Positions 41,890 through 57,446 of a stretch of DNA of 64,000 nt are shown one piece after another. The stretch is from Myxococcota bacterium (lineage in GTDB: Bacteria; Myxococcota_A; UBA9160; PR03): positions 40,879 through 104,878 of the forward strand of contig JBDIVR010000014.1 of NCBI GenBank assembly GCA_039794265.1, written 5' to 3'. The notes under the pieces are model-generated. The model saw only the letters and a list, made by a program, of their open reading frames with translations. It did not search any database and was not told the DNA's origin. A program made the position numbers and the translations under genes. Each line of letters begins with the position of its first letter. Position 1 is the first letter of the stretch.

Positions 41890-44021
41890 CAGGGGAAACG
41901 ATCCTTGACGTACGCACTCATCTCGCTCATCGGCATCTCGTGTGACGCATTGCCGCTGCGCACGTAGAACTTCTCTACCTTCTGGCCATTCTTGTCCTTG
42001 GTCACCAGGACGATGGGCTGGCTCGCCGGCTCAACGTCCACCTGGCAGACCTCACAGTCTCCGATCTCGTGGAACATGACTTTCACTTTGCTGGCCACGA
42101 AGGCCACGCCCAATTGTTCGTTGAGTAGGTTTCGGAGATGCACCTCGAAGCCGTCGCGAGTGGCGCCACCAAGGGACAGGTAGTCGTGCTGAAGACCAAT
42201 GACGTTCCCGTCGTCGTCCACCCCAACCACGAGCGTCCCACCCTGTCCATTAGCCAGCGCGGCCACCGTCTTTGCGATGACCTCCTCCATCTTCTTACTG
42301 GTCTCGCCGTTCTTGAGATCCCACCGAAGCGTCGACTTGAACTCCAGCTCGTCGCTCTCACCTTCCTGTATCAGGTCCTCGATCGTGGTGGGCGCCTCGG
42401 GCTCTTCCGTAAGGGTGATCTTCCCGAGAAAGTCGTTGATATCGCTCGCCAGCAACTCACGCCGTTTCTCTAGGAACGCCTCGTAGCTGGAGATCGCCCA
42501 CAGGTCGGGCTCCTCGGGGATGCACTGCAGCGCGAGCGCCTTCGGGAATCGCGTCTTCACGTCCGCCAGGTAGACGGCGGGCTCCATCGCCTGCTTCGAA
42601 CGGTTCGCCGTCTGGGTGAGCAGCGCCCGGTTGGTGAACTCCTGCGCAAGCGCGTACTTCACTCGGTTGCCCTTGCCATACCCGGCCTTCTTGAGGCGTG
42701 AATAGGGGAAGATGTGGTCCAGTTCGAGCTGGTACTTCTTGCCCATGTTCTTCCGCAGGCTCACGCCGGTCGTCAGGCACACTGCACCGCGACTCTTCAG
42801 GTACCAGCGGACCATGCTGAAGAACGGGTGCTGAATGGCACGGCCGACGAACTCCATTGGCTGGACGGTGAGCGGACGCTCTTCCGCGATCACCTGCAGG
42901 AGATCGTCGAAGGGCTGCTTGCTCTCCGCGATAACCCGCAGATCGCGATCCAGCTTCTGCGGCAGCTGACTCACGTACCGCACACGGATCTGGGAGTAGT
43001 AGAACCACTTCACGAGCTTGCGGGTCTCCAGATCGCTGAGGTGCTTCCCCTTTCTGTCGAAGCAGTAGACGATGATCGGCACCAGTGCGTAGGGCGAGCT
43101 GATCTCCTTCACGTGATCCACGAACGCGCTGGTACGCAACAGATTCACCACGTAGTCCAGCACCTGAGAGTCGAGGCGTTGCCACGCGTCCATCAGAGCG
43201 GCCTTGTTGTCCTCGCCGTGCAGCTTGCGCATGTCAGAACCCACGTGATGCAGGCACCCAAGCAAGACGTACACCAGGAAATCGAGCCGGAATACGAACC
43301 CTTCCTTCTCCAGCTGCGCCAACTTGGCTTTGAAAAGATCGCGCGCCTGTGGCCAGTAGCCCGATATCTGTGCAAGCGCGAGCTCTGCATCCGTCAGTGC
43401 AACGCCACTGGCGTTCACCTTGTAGAAGATGTCGATCGCTTCGCGGATACTCGCTCGTACCGGGATGGTCTGCTCCGGAAAGTCGCGATCCTTGATACGC
43501 GTGACGGCATTGATGTTGTCGTTGAGCTTCTTCAGATCCTCCATCCCCAGGGTCCGCTCTAGTTTCTCGAACGACGCCTGGAGGTCGAACGCACTGACCT
43601 TGCCCTGGAAGACGTCCGTGACGTTCTGCCAGTACGGATCGCTATCCATGCGCGTCCTCATGTAGTACGACAGATCGAGGGTCGAGAGGTTCACGTAGAG
43701 TCCCCGCGTGTCATTCATGATCTCCGCTTGCGTGTAGTACGCCGGGATCTGACCGCGGATCAGCATGTAGAGCGTGGTCACACGCTGCTGGCCGTCGAGA
43801 AGCAACCGGACCGCGCCCTGCTTTTCGTTGTACTTGTGCGGCCCTTTCAGTTCTGGCGGGTTGGCCGTTTCCCAGGTCAGCATCGTGCCGGTCGGGTACT
43901 CCTTGATCAGCGACTCGATCAGCATCTTCGCGTCGTCCCGTTTCCACACGTACTCGCGCTGGAACGCAGGGACGAACAGTTGTTGCTCGTCGATCTTGTC
44001 GAGAATCGTGGAGATCTTCAT
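41889..44021 (-). CDS. GmrSD-like DUF262/HNH protein fused to a C-terminal AlbA_2 (Schlafen) domain
   Basis: PAFQREYVW, LDGQQR, ELDHIFP, then ESDELEFKST...ANGQGGTLVVGVDD. Confidence 0.85.
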   Translation of the reverse strand: MKISTILDKIDEQQLFVPAFQREYVWKRDDAKMLIESLIKEYPTGTMLTWETANPPELKGPHKYNEKQGAVRLLLDGQQRVTTLYMLIRGQIPAYYTQAEIMNDTRGLYVNLSTLDLSYYMRTRMDSDPYWQNVTDVFQGKVSAFDLQASFEKLERTLGMEDLKKLNDNINAVTRIKDRDFPEQTIPVRASIREAIDIFYKVNASGVALTDAELALAQISGYWPQARDLFKAKLAQLEKEGFVFRLDFLVYVLLGCLHHVGSDMRKLHGEDNKAALMDAWQRLDSQVLDYVVNLLRTSAFVDHVKEISSPYALVPIIVYCFDRKGKHLSDLETRKLVKWFYYSQIRVRYVSQLPQKLDRDLRVIAESKQPFDDLLQVIAEERPLTVQPMEFVGRAIQHPFFSMVRWYLKSRGAVCLTTGVSLRKNMGKKYQLELDHIFPYSRLKKAGYGKGNRVKYALAQEFTNRALLTQTANRSKQAMEPAVYLADVKTRFPKALALQCIPEEPDLWAISSYEAFLEKRRELLASDINDFLGKITLTEEPEAPTTIEDLIQEGESDELEFKSTLRWDLKNGETSKKMEEVIAKTVAALANGQGGTLVVGVDDDGNVIGLQHDYLSLGGATRDGFEVHLRNLLNEQLGVAFVASKVKVMFHEIGDCEVCQVDVEPASQPIVLVTKDKNGQKVEKFYVRSGNASHEMPMSEMSAYVKDRFP

Positions 44022-44161
44022 GGGGATTCCTTGGAAATGCGCTCTGCGCGAGGTTCGCCTGCAGCGATGCCGGGGCCGTGCAGCACCGCAAAGCCCAACG
44101 CTTCGAGCCAAGTGAGAGCGGCGCCCTCGACGACGGACTCGGTGAAGCCTGCAGGGCTCAC
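44018..44161 (-). pseudogene. hsdR 5' remnant forming a 47-aa ORF
   Basis: [41 protein letters not shown] matches the HsdR N-terminus. Confidence 0.88.
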
Positions 44162-44922
44162 GCGGCCAACTCCTCCCGCAGGTCTTCTCGTCGGCTCCAC
44201 GCGACAGGTCGCACGTCGTAGCTGCGCAGCGCGTCCGCGACGGCCGATGAGACCGCTTGTTCCGAGTCGTTGAGCAGAGCATAGGCGCGCGAGTCAGAAG
44301 ATCGCACCTCCTTCGTGTCGATCCATGACAGTACGACAGCCTGCGCCGTGTCCCGGCTGGGCCGGTTGATGGTCTGGATGATGCGTTCCGGTTGCTGGCG
44401 CGACTTGGGGATCACGAAGTCGAACAGATGATCGTAGCCGGTCTTGCCAGTGAACTTGACCTTCGGGGTGTACCGGATTTCGTGGACGTCGAGCCAGGCA
44501 ACTACGTCCTCGTAGAACAGGCTCGCCACCATGGGCACAGCGAGATAGAACATGTCGTTCACGGCGAGCATCGCCTGCACGAGGTTGTGCTTGCGCAACG
44601 CGAAGTTGTCCGGGGACGCGTGGACCTGAAGCGCCTTGCCGTCCATTTGCACGCCGAAGCCGTTGAGCGTCATCCGCAACAGATCCTGTCGCTTGCGGCT
44701 CTCCAACTTGCAGCCCGTCTGCTCGAGATCGTCGATCGTGTAGCCGTCGTCCGTCAGGACGAAACCACCGTTCGTCGGCTTCGCGTAGATCTGGACGTAG
44801 TCGTTGTGCCGATCGAGATAGGGTGTCGTGATCTCGACCCATTGGTCGATCTGGCGCAGGGCCGTCTTGTCCTTCAGCCAGGCGTGGTAGTCGTCGAGCA
44901 AACGCTGGATGTCCTGGATCAT
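44158..44922 (-). CDS. DUF1828/DUF1829-like protein
   Basis: [30 protein letters not shown]. Confidence 0.8.
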   Translation of the reverse strand: MIQDIQRLLDDYHAWLKDKTALRQIDQWVEITTPYLDRHNDYVQIYAKPTNGGFVLTDDGYTIDDLEQTGCKLESRKRQDLLRMTLNGFGVQMDGKALQVHASPDNFALRKHNLVQAMLAVNDMFYLAVPMVASLFYEDVVAWLDVHEIRYTPKVKFTGKTGYDHLFDFVIPKSRQQPERIIQTINRPSRDTAQAVVLSWIDTKEVRSSDSRAYALLNDSEQAVSSAVADALRSYDVRPVAWSRREDLREELAA

Positions 44923-45368
44923 GTGAACAACCCCCGTTCGATGTGCGGCGGCTGCGTCACGTTGCAGAACCGCAGGAATTCCTCGAGCGTGCGCCACACA
45001 TCGTTCGGTGCCGTAAATCGGTCGGGTGGAACGGCGACGGCCCACTTGTCACCGAATCCCTCCCGATAGACGTGCAGGTGCGGCACGGGAATCTCTTCGC
45101 CATCCGGGTTCCGGTGAGGTGCGCCGCCCAGATCGAGCCGGACGAGCACCACGACTTGGCGCCCGCGGTTCTGCATCTTGACCTTCAGCAGGTCGATACG
45201 ACCCCGGCTCAGATCCAGCAGGAACTGCTCGCGGCGATCGACAGACTGGAGCGGCAACACGAGCAACTGCCCGCCCATGGGGAAATCGCTCCGATCCTCG
45301 TTGACGCGATGCTTCTCCATGGCGATCAGTGCGTCAGCTTCCGCCTGCGTGAGGTTTATGTCGGCCAT
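44919..45368 (-). CDS. DUF6978-like protein (usual partner of DUF1828)
   Basis: [34 protein letters not shown]; ATGA overlap with the next gene. Confidence 0.72.
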   Translation of the reverse strand: MADINLTQAEADALIAMEKHRVNEDRSDFPMGGQLLVLPLQSVDRREQFLLDLSRGRIDLLKVKMQNRGRQVVVLVRLDLGGAPHRNPDGEEIPVPHLHVYREGFGDKWAVAVPPDRFTAPNDVWRTLEEFLRFCNVTQPPHIERGLFT

Positions 45369-45463
45369 CACACGCGCCTCACAGGTCGGTGTTCCCCCGG
45401 CATTCACCCGCGACTCGCGGGCAATAGGGTCCGTTGGCAGCTTTCCGCCCAGGGTGGCGATCC

Positions 45464-46260
45464 TCATGGCGTCGTCTCTTCGTGCGTCTCGAACAGAAAC
45501 AAAACCAGCGTCGACGCTGCACCCACGGCCAGCTTCGCATGCCGCATGCCCAAGCCCGTCGTGCTTCCGTGCTTGCCGTGGCCCGTCCCGTAGAGGCCGC
45601 GCAACTCGGCGAGACCGTTGCCAATGGTTCCGAGGTTGCTGAGAAGCCGTTTGATGACATCAGCGCCGCGTGAAGCGTCTGGAATGCCTTCTGGAACCAG
45701 CTTCAACTCTCTGAGCGTCTCCTTCGTAAGCACCGATACGTCAGGGGTTCCGACGACTGGCTTGCCGCGCTCGGCGAGGATCGTCTTGCAGCAGGTTTCG
45801 ATCAGTTCCTTCGCAGTTCCGATAGCCAGACTCGGGTCGGTCTGGATGGACGCCTCCATCCGCCGAATTTGGTCAGCGAGGTAGTTGGCGTTTAGAACCT
45901 TGGCGTGATTCTTGAGCGGATCGAGGCTAGGCCCACCAGCAATCAAGCGCGTAGCAATCGTTCGACACTTCTCGGCAAGCGAGATTCCTTCGGCATCAGG
46001 CTCAGCTTGTAGCGACGTCGCGTGTTCGATCAGAGCGAGGAGGAGCTCTCCAACCGTGTAGTCAGGCTCGAGTTTCCAGAGCGCGCGAAGCTTCCTCGCC
46101 TTCGAGGTTCCCTCCGCGGTGTACTTCTCGGCATGGATGTCGAGGCCAACGGCATCCAGAACGAACTCACCGAAAGTGCGGTCCGAGAAGTCGAGCACGT
46201 AGCCGGCACTCATGCAGAGAAGCTTCTCGAGGCTACGTCGGTCTCCCACTGATAGAACGC

Positions 46261-46264
<4 letters not shown>
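45464..46264 (-). CDS. Abortive-infection family protein (Abi_C/HEPN-like C-terminus)
   Basis: [39 protein letters not shown]; lower GC. Confidence 0.85.
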
Positions 46265-47661
<1,397 letters not shown>

Positions 47662-47665
<4 letters not shown>

Positions 47666-48766
47666 CTCTTCCTCCGCTTCGGCGCTAGCTCCGCCTCGAT
47701 CTCCTCCACCGTCGGCAGCGCCGACTGCAAGCGGTCCGGCAGCGCCCGCGTCAACTCGTACGTCGAGATGCCGATCGGCTTGTCGATGCCGGCGAAGCTG
47801 TACTCGGCCAGGAGCTGATCCTTCGTCTGGCAGAGGATCAGGCCGATGGTCGGAGCGTCGGTGGCATGCTTGAGCCGGTCGTTGACGACGTTGCAGTAGA
47901 AATTCAGCTTGCCGGCGTACTCGGGCTTGAACTTGCCTTTCTTCAGGTCGATGACGACGAACGCCCGCAGCCGCAGGTGGTAGAACAGCAAGTCGACGTA
48001 GAAGTCCTCGTCGCCGACGTCGAGGCGAACCTGCCGGCCGACGAAGGCGAACCCTTGGCCGAGCTCGAGCAGGAACTTCTCCAGATGACGGACGAGCTCG
48101 GTTTCGAGCTCGCGCTCCTGGAACGGCTCGGTGAGGGTAAGGAAGTCGAAGATGTAGGGGTCCTTCAATGTCTGCTGTGCGAGGTCCGACTGCGGCTCGG
48201 GGAGCACGGCGGCGAAGTTGGAGACGGCCTTGCCGTGCCGGGCGTGGACGCGGGCATCGATCTGCATGGCGAGCGCGTTGCGGCTCCAGCCGTTGGCGAG
48301 CGTCTGCTCCATGTACCAGCGGCGGGTAGAAAGGTCGGGAACCTTGTCCATGAGAATGACATGGTGGGCCCAGGGCACCGACCAGAGGAGCGGCTCGCGC
48401 AATTGTGCCACCGGTTGTGGCACTTTTGCCGGCGCTGGCAATTCTGCAACAACTGGTTGCCCCATTGCGATGGGGTCGGGGTAATCGCGGTGGAACGCCA
48501 GCATCCGCTTGATGTTCCGCTCGGAAAAGCCCTTGAGGTCGGGTAGTTCGTTCTTCAGTTTCAGCGCCAGGCGGGGGATGACCGCTGCGCCCCAGCCCTC
48601 GCGCTGCTGGCGGTCGTCGATGATCCGGCCGATATCCCAGTAGAGGCGGACGAGCTCGGCGTTGACCGCGAGCACCGCCCGCGTCTGCGCCGCCTGGATG
48701 CGGCCCTTCACGTCGGCGAGCAGCACGGCGAAATCGGAACGACCGACAGCCGCGCCTTTGGGCTTC

Positions 48767-48777
<11 letters not shown>
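47662..48777 (-). CDS. YhcG/DUF1016 PD-(D/E)XK nuclease family protein
   Basis: [45 protein letters not shown]. Confidence 0.92.
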
Positions 48778-52287
<3,510 letters not shown>

Positions 52288-52333
52288 CGAGTTCCTTGTC
52301 GCGTCGTGGAGTGAACCTGTGGGTCGTGGAGGC

Positions 52334-52467
52334 GCCCAGCAGATCGGTGCTCACCTACGTGGCCTTTCGACCACGGAGCACCAGCCGAGGCAAACCCTAC
52401 GCCGCGAGACGGCACGGCGCCACGATGCGCCGCCGCTGGCGCTGCGCCGGGTGCAGCGCTGTTGGGC
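52334..52467 (-). repeat. Degenerate attC-like site
   Basis: On the minus strand GCCCAAC...GCTGGGC ends; inner GCGCTGCACC/GGTGAGCAC pairing with one extra base. Confidence 0.45.
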
Positions 52468-52598
52468 TGCGTGTCTCGCGGGGAACGCAAGCGGATGCGA
52501 ACCACGAAGCGTGACCGGACCTTGACGAGGTGTCCGGTAGCCACGAGCACAAGCCCGAGGCTGCCAGCTTCAGCGTCCTGACGGGCGGCCGCACGGGA

Positions 52599-53273
52599 TC
52601 ACGGGGTCTCGTGATCTCGGACCGTGATGAGCAGAGCATCGAGGACGCGTATCAGCCCCTGCGCGACCTTTCCCCAGGCGCGCTGCGCGGCCTGATCCGC
52701 AGACCGGTAGCCCCACAGATTCGCCTGCTGGTCTTCTGCAACGATCGGAAAGAGAACTGCGTCGTTCTCGCCGAAACGACGGTCCTCGATCTGCAGCTCG
52801 AGCCACGAGGTCCCGATCCACCACCCCTCACCGGAGAAGCCACTGGCGAGAACGTTCTGCTGAGATCTCGCCTCGGCGAGAACGGGTCCCCATGGACTCG
52901 AGGCCGCCGCAGAACCTGTGGATGAGGCAGTGGCGAACGCGCTGGCCACGACGAGGCGTGAACCAAAGTCCGCGCCGGATGCAAGAACGCGGATCCGAAG
53001 CGCGACTTCACCGCGAGGCGTCTCTTCGAAGTAAGGCACCCAAAGGAGGGAGTCGCCGTAGGTCCGGGATAGACCCTCGCGTAGCGAGGTCACAACTTCG
53101 GCAGAGTCGAGCTTCTCCGGTCGAGCATCGAGAAGAGCGACACGAAGGGGTCGCTCGAGGGACAGCCCCTCCCGAGGGGCTTCGTCGATCCGTGGAATCA
53201 GTGTCCGATGCGTGGCGCACGCGGTCACTGCAACGAGCGCGAGCAGGGCAATCGACGCGCGACTGAGACGCAT
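52599..53273 (-). CDS. Hypothetical lipoprotein
   Basis: Signal peptide ending in lipobox VTAC. Confidence 0.65.
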   Translation of the reverse strand: MRLSRASIALLALVAVTACATHRTLIPRIDEAPREGLSLERPLRVALLDARPEKLDSAEVVTSLREGLSRTYGDSLLWVPYFEETPRGEVALRIRVLASGADFGSRLVVASAFATASSTGSAAASSPWGPVLAEARSQQNVLASGFSGEGWWIGTSWLELQIEDRRFGENDAVLFPIVAEDQQANLWGYRSADQAAQRAWGKVAQGLIRVLDALLITVRDHETP

Positions 53274-53360
53274 GTCCGTCCTTCCGGCGATCGAAAGGGG
53301 TTGACCTTCAGCTGCTGGGATCCGGCCTTCGAGCGTTGCCCCACGGCAACTGAGTGCGGC

Positions 53361-54197
53361 TCACGGACGATACTGCTGGTGCACGAACGCCTCGGCCGGC
53401 TTCTCGGGAACGTCGATGCCCGCCCGGCGCGCAAATGCCCGCACCTGCGCCGGCCTCGACGGGTTCTTCCAATACACCGGCGTGAGCCCGATCGGAGCCT
53501 CGGTAGGGATCGGGGTATGGCGGCGCTCGAACGTCCGCCACACCGCCTCGGTCAGTGTTGCCCGATCGAACTCGAAGCGACTCGAAAGATGATGGAGATC
53601 GAAGAAGTCCTTGATGCGGCTGTTGCGGTCGCCGAGCACCACCATCGCCTCGAGCTTCTCCGCGACGACGGCCTCGCGCGGGTACGCGAGCATCTCCGGA
53701 GCCGGGAAGTCGAGAAGCACCGGGAATGCACAGGTCCGCGGGGCGGGCCAGACGCTGTCTCCAAGCCCCATGTCGATCTGTAGCGACAGGCGGGCCTTGC
53801 CGCACCGGGCAAGCAGCGTGGCGCGCGTGCCGGCGTACTCGTCCTCGGCACGAATCGCCACGATCTCGATGCGCTCGCCGTCGAAGGTAACGGCATCCGG
53901 CGGTACCGGCGTGGCGACGATGGCGCGGAGGTCGTCGCGGATCGCGTCGAACGCCCCATCCCCGCGCCGCAGCAGATCGAGGTCACGCGTTGCCCGGTAG
54001 GGCCGATCCGACCAGAGCCGCAGGAGCATCGCGCCCTTCAGGACGAAGCGGTCGCGATAGTCCGACGCTCCGAGTCTGTAGAGGAACCGCTCCAGGCAGT
54101 AGCTCGTCAGCAGGGTTTGATGATCGTCGCCGGTTTCCCTTGCCCGGTTGAGCAGGCGCGCGAGGACGGAGGCGGCGAGATCCGCCTTGTCGGTCAT
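53361..54197 (-). CDS. AbiEii/AbiGii nucleotidyltransferase toxin (type IV TA)
   Basis: FVLKGAML, RATRDLD, AEKLEA, NSRIKDFFD. Confidence 0.9.
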   Translation of the reverse strand: MTDKADLAASVLARLLNRARETGDDHQTLLTSYCLERFLYRLGASDYRDRFVLKGAMLLRLWSDRPYRATRDLDLLRRGDGAFDAIRDDLRAIVATPVPPDAVTFDGERIEIVAIRAEDEYAGTRATLLARCGKARLSLQIDMGLGDSVWPAPRTCAFPVLLDFPAPEMLAYPREAVVAEKLEAMVVLGDRNSRIKDFFDLHHLSSRFEFDRATLTEAVWRTFERRHTPIPTEAPIGLTPVYWKNPSRPAQVRAFARRAGIDVPEKPAEAFVHQQYRP

Positions 54198-54796
54198 GCG
54201 ATCGAGTCCAGATACGGTTGCATGACGCGCGACACCCGGCAGATGCGCGCGAAGCGCGCCAGGTCGTTGGCGCCGCCGCGGTGCTTGCGGCTGAAGTCGC
54301 GCAGCGCTTCGACCGCGACGTCGATGCCTACCTTGTTCCGATACTTGAAGCAGTCGGCGACGGTCTTCGCCGCGGAATACACGCGGATGACCACGCCCTC
54401 TGCGTGGTGCTCTTCGATCCCCTCGGTCAGGGCGAGACCCGAAAAACGGGCCACCCGCAGGCGCGGATGGTCGAGCCGCGGACGGCGTGCCTTCTCCGAC
54501 AGCGCGATCCAGACCTCGAACGCCGACTGCGTCGTCAGGTCGTGGAACCGCAGGGCCGTGAGCAGGCAGAACACGGCGTCGGGCACGCGCTTGGCGACCT
54601 GCGCAAGCGTGTGCGTCTCCGTGGCCGCGTGGTGGGGCACGGCGTAGATTCCTCGCGCCTGCCGAATCACCAGTCCCTCGTTCACGAGACGAGCCAGTTG
54701 CACGCGCGAGATGCCCTGCGCCTCGAGATCCCGTGGGCGCGCGAGTCCCATCTTCTCGATCAGTCGAAGCGCTCGGTCTTTGCTGGTGGCCGGCAT
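54194..54796 (-). CDS. AbiEi-family antitoxin / transcriptional regulator
   Basis: N-terminal wHTH (RGIY), ALRFHDLTTQ, KTVADCFKYRNKVG; ATGA overlap with the toxin. Confidence 0.9.
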   Translation of the reverse strand: MPATSKDRALRLIEKMGLARPRDLEAQGISRVQLARLVNEGLVIRQARGIYAVPHHAATETHTLAQVAKRVPDAVFCLLTALRFHDLTTQSAFEVWIALSEKARRPRLDHPRLRVARFSGLALTEGIEEHHAEGVVIRVYSAAKTVADCFKYRNKVGIDVAVEALRDFSRKHRGGANDLARFARICRVSRVMQPYLDSIA

Positions 54797-54811
54797 CGCG
54801 GAGAATGATAT

Positions 54812-54847
54812 GAAATGTCGGGGATTATGTGCCACCCCCGACATTTC
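54812..54847. promoter_or_regulatory. 12-bp inverted repeat upstream of abiEi; likely autoregulatory operator
   Basis: GAAATGTCGGGG-N12-CCCCGACATTTC; AbiEi proteins are known to bind promoter inverted repeats. Confidence 0.55.
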
Positions 54848-54904
54848 GAAACATCCTGTCGATCCCACAATGCCGGCACCTGCGTAGAGGCGCCCGGGCG
54901 CTCA

Positions 54905-55459
54905 TCAGGAAGCCCCACCGGAAAGCCTCGATAGAAGCTCGTCGATGGAATCCTGCTCCCGCCTCCGCGACGTATCGACGACGATTCGCTCGACCGTCCA
55001 CGCGTGATACTCCCGACTCTCGACCTCCCGCCAGGTCGGCAGCCGTAACCCAGGGACCGTCGCGGCGCGTGTTTCGATTCTCTCGCGATGCTCGCGCGGA
55101 TCGGAGCAGACGACTTCGATGTTCACGGAGCGTGCGCCGGCGTCCGCGGCCACCCGCTCCCAAGCGCGCCGCGTCTCCTCGATCGGGTTGCAGGAATCCG
55201 CGACGACGCTCGTGCCTGCGTTCAGGATGTCCGCTGCCATGCGGTAGGCCAACCGATACCCCTCGTCTCGAACGTCGACCGCGCACAGATCCCGCAGCGA
55301 TTGCTCGATGGTATCGATCCGCAGATGGGCAGCGCCGACACGCCGCGCCAGCAACTGGGACAGCGCCGTCTTCCCGCTCCCGGGCAATCCCGAGAAGATG
55401 TAGAGGGTCGCGGAGTTCAAGTCCGTTGCATCCGTCGTCCGCGCGTCTTGGAGATCCAC
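54905..55459 (-). CDS. AAA_33 / nucleotide kinase-like P-loop protein
   Basis: SGLPGSGKT, RIDTIEQ, VVADSCNP. Confidence 0.82.
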   Translation of the reverse strand: MDLQDARTTDATDLNSATLYIFSGLPGSGKTALSQLLARRVGAAHLRIDTIEQSLRDLCAVDVRDEGYRLAYRMAADILNAGTSVVADSCNPIEETRRAWERVAADAGARSVNIEVVCSDPREHRERIETRAATVPGLRLPTWREVESREYHAWTVERIVVDTSRRREQDSIDELLSRLSGGAS

Positions 55460-55596
55460 GCCCGATCGATCAGAGGCCTGGGCGCCGCGCCTCGCGTTCT
55501 AGCGACCGCAGGCCAGTGACGAACGCGCAACCGATCCGTGCCAGGATACACGGGCACGATCTCGGGACGACGGTGCGGCGTGTTCCGTTCCATCGT

Positions 55597-56124
55597 TCAC
55601 GCTGGGCCTTCGCTCCTGCCACGCCGCACGCCATAGGCCCTCGCGGGCCCACGGACTTCCTCTCCCTTGCGGCCGCGCGTGATCGCACCCTGATCGTGCC
55701 GAGCGAGGCGGCCCCGGAGCTCGGGTTCGTGAACGAACTCGAGTTTCAGTCCGTCGGGGTCAGCGAAGAAGACCGCGTAGTAACCCGGCGTGTAGTCGTA
55801 CTCCGCCGGCGCGTCGAGTATGGTGATCTTCGTCTCCCGCAAGAAGCGGTAGAAGCGGTCGACGTCCGCGCGGCTGTCTGCGTGGAATGCGAAGTGATGG
55901 AGTCCCGGCGCATATCGATCGTGAGGCCCAGAGGCGCGTGCGGGCTGCAGCGCGATGGTGAAGAGCCCCCCGTCTGCGTCCTCCGATCCCCAACACGGCG
56001 CACCGGCTCCCGCCTCCGGAAGCTTCCGGTACCCGAGCCTGCCGAGCACCTGCTCATAGAACGCAACGGAGCGGGAGATGTCGCTCACGGTAAGGTCGAC
56101 GTGACTCGGGAAGCCGCGAACCAT
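55597..56124 (-). CDS. VOC/glyoxalase family protein
   Basis: SHVDLTVSD, GLHHFAF, YYAVFFADPDGLKLE. Confidence 0.85.
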   Translation of the reverse strand: MVRGFPSHVDLTVSDISRSVAFYEQVLGRLGYRKLPEAGAGAPCWGSEDADGGLFTIALQPARASGPHDRYAPGLHHFAFHADSRADVDRFYRFLRETKITILDAPAEYDYTPGYYAVFFADPDGLKLEFVHEPELRGRLARHDQGAITRGRKGEEVRGPARAYGVRRGRSEGPA

Positions 56125-56453
56125 CTCGAGGTCTCGGTCCTCGCAAACGAGGCGCTCACCTGAGCAGCAGCGGCCGCCGTCTGTCGCCGGCGCGTCGCAG
56201 GTCGTCGTCCTGAGCCTACCTGAACCGAGAGGAACACGCTGGGGCCGAAATCGATCCTCGGGTTGGTCGAGCCTGCCGAGAACCGGGAGAATCCGACGGA
56301 GGAATCGAGACCCAGATCGAGCGCGATCCGCATGAAGGCGCCCAACGGACTCGTACTGTCGACGCCGGGAGCCCAGCGTCGAGCTCCGCCCCGAAGCAGG
56401 TGATTGCGACACCGAGACGGTACCACGGAGCGCCCGGAGGCGGCGCTCCGGAA

Positions 56454-57140
56454 TCACTTCCCGTCAGCGATCGCGGAAGCAACCCAAGGATCGACCATTG
56501 CACGGATCTCGTCTTCGCTCAGTCGGACAGCGTCGAGTTGCAGGACCGGGAGTCCGGAGCGGGCGACCAGCTGGTCGCACGCTTCGCGATACGACGCGTA
56601 GAGAGAAACCAGGGCTGAATGCCCTGCCAAGCCCCGCTCTACAGAGAACGGCGTCGTTTCGGAGTACGCGGCAATCCGGGAAACGGTCTGCTCTCCCTTG
56701 CGCCGGAAGATCTCGTCCTGGAGGTACGCCGTCGGGTTGGTCTGGGTGAGATAGACCAGGCATGCACCGAGCGGAGCAAGACAGCGCTCGACCGCGGGGA
56801 GGTAGGCCTCGATGTCCTCCGCAGAGTGCCGGTACTCGACCATGAAACGAACCGTGCTCTGGAAGAGGCATCCCTCGATGATGAAGAGAGCTGGCGACGG
56901 GGACGCCTGGACGCTTCTCGAGAACGCCTGCCAGCGCTCGAGGCATCGCTCTGCGAAACCTGAGCGTCGCGCGGTCCGCATCGTGGGCCTGTCGATCACC
57001 GGGTGATCCGGTTGTAGCTCCGGAACCCAGGTGGCGCGGATGCCCCGCGCTTCGCTGCGCCCGCAAAGCCACTCCGCGAGCGACGTCTTGCCCGAGCCCG
57101 GGAGACCTTCGATCAACACGATGCGCCTGCGGTTCCTCAT
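56454..57140 (-). CDS. P-loop NTPase (nucleotide-kinase-like)
   Basis: IEGLPGSGKTS near the N-terminus. Confidence 0.7.
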   Translation of the reverse strand: MRNRRRIVLIEGLPGSGKTSLAEWLCGRSEARGIRATWVPELQPDHPVIDRPTMRTARRSGFAERCLERWQAFSRSVQASPSPALFIIEGCLFQSTVRFMVEYRHSAEDIEAYLPAVERCLAPLGACLVYLTQTNPTAYLQDEIFRRKGEQTVSRIAAYSETTPFSVERGLAGHSALVSLYASYREACDQLVARSGLPVLQLDAVRLSEDEIRAMVDPWVASAIADGK

Positions 57141-57295
57141 GAACGGGACCATAGGGAAGCCGGAACCCAGGCGGTCCGTTGTCTCGGGCGCCGTGGACGA
57201 TGGCCACCGCATGGAAGTCATCCATTGCCTTCCGCGAGAGCAACGCGGAACCCGGGATCGCCCGCTCGTGCTTCGGCAAGCTGCACGAGCATGAG

Positions 57296-57438
57296 CCCCG
57301 TTTGCCGCGAACCAACTCGTTGATGCGCTGGACGGGAGCGCCGAGGTGAGCGGCAAGCGCAACCTGGCTCTGACCCAAGGGAACGAGGAACTCCTCGCGC
57401 AGGATCTCGCCGGGATGCGGGGGGACTCGGTTCGTGGG
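57296..57438 (-). pseudogene. HigA-type antitoxin fragment
   Basis: PTNRVPPHPGEILREEFLVPLGQSQVALAAHLG..VQRINELVRGKRG; no clear start codon and no C-terminal half. Confidence 0.75.
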
Positions 57439-57446
57439 CTGCGTGG

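Noticed and set aside
40529-41917. 462-aa ORF as a single long Fic protein
   Set aside because: Its first ~128 codons are an off-frame reading of the hsdR remnant; the real start is the ATG at 41530.
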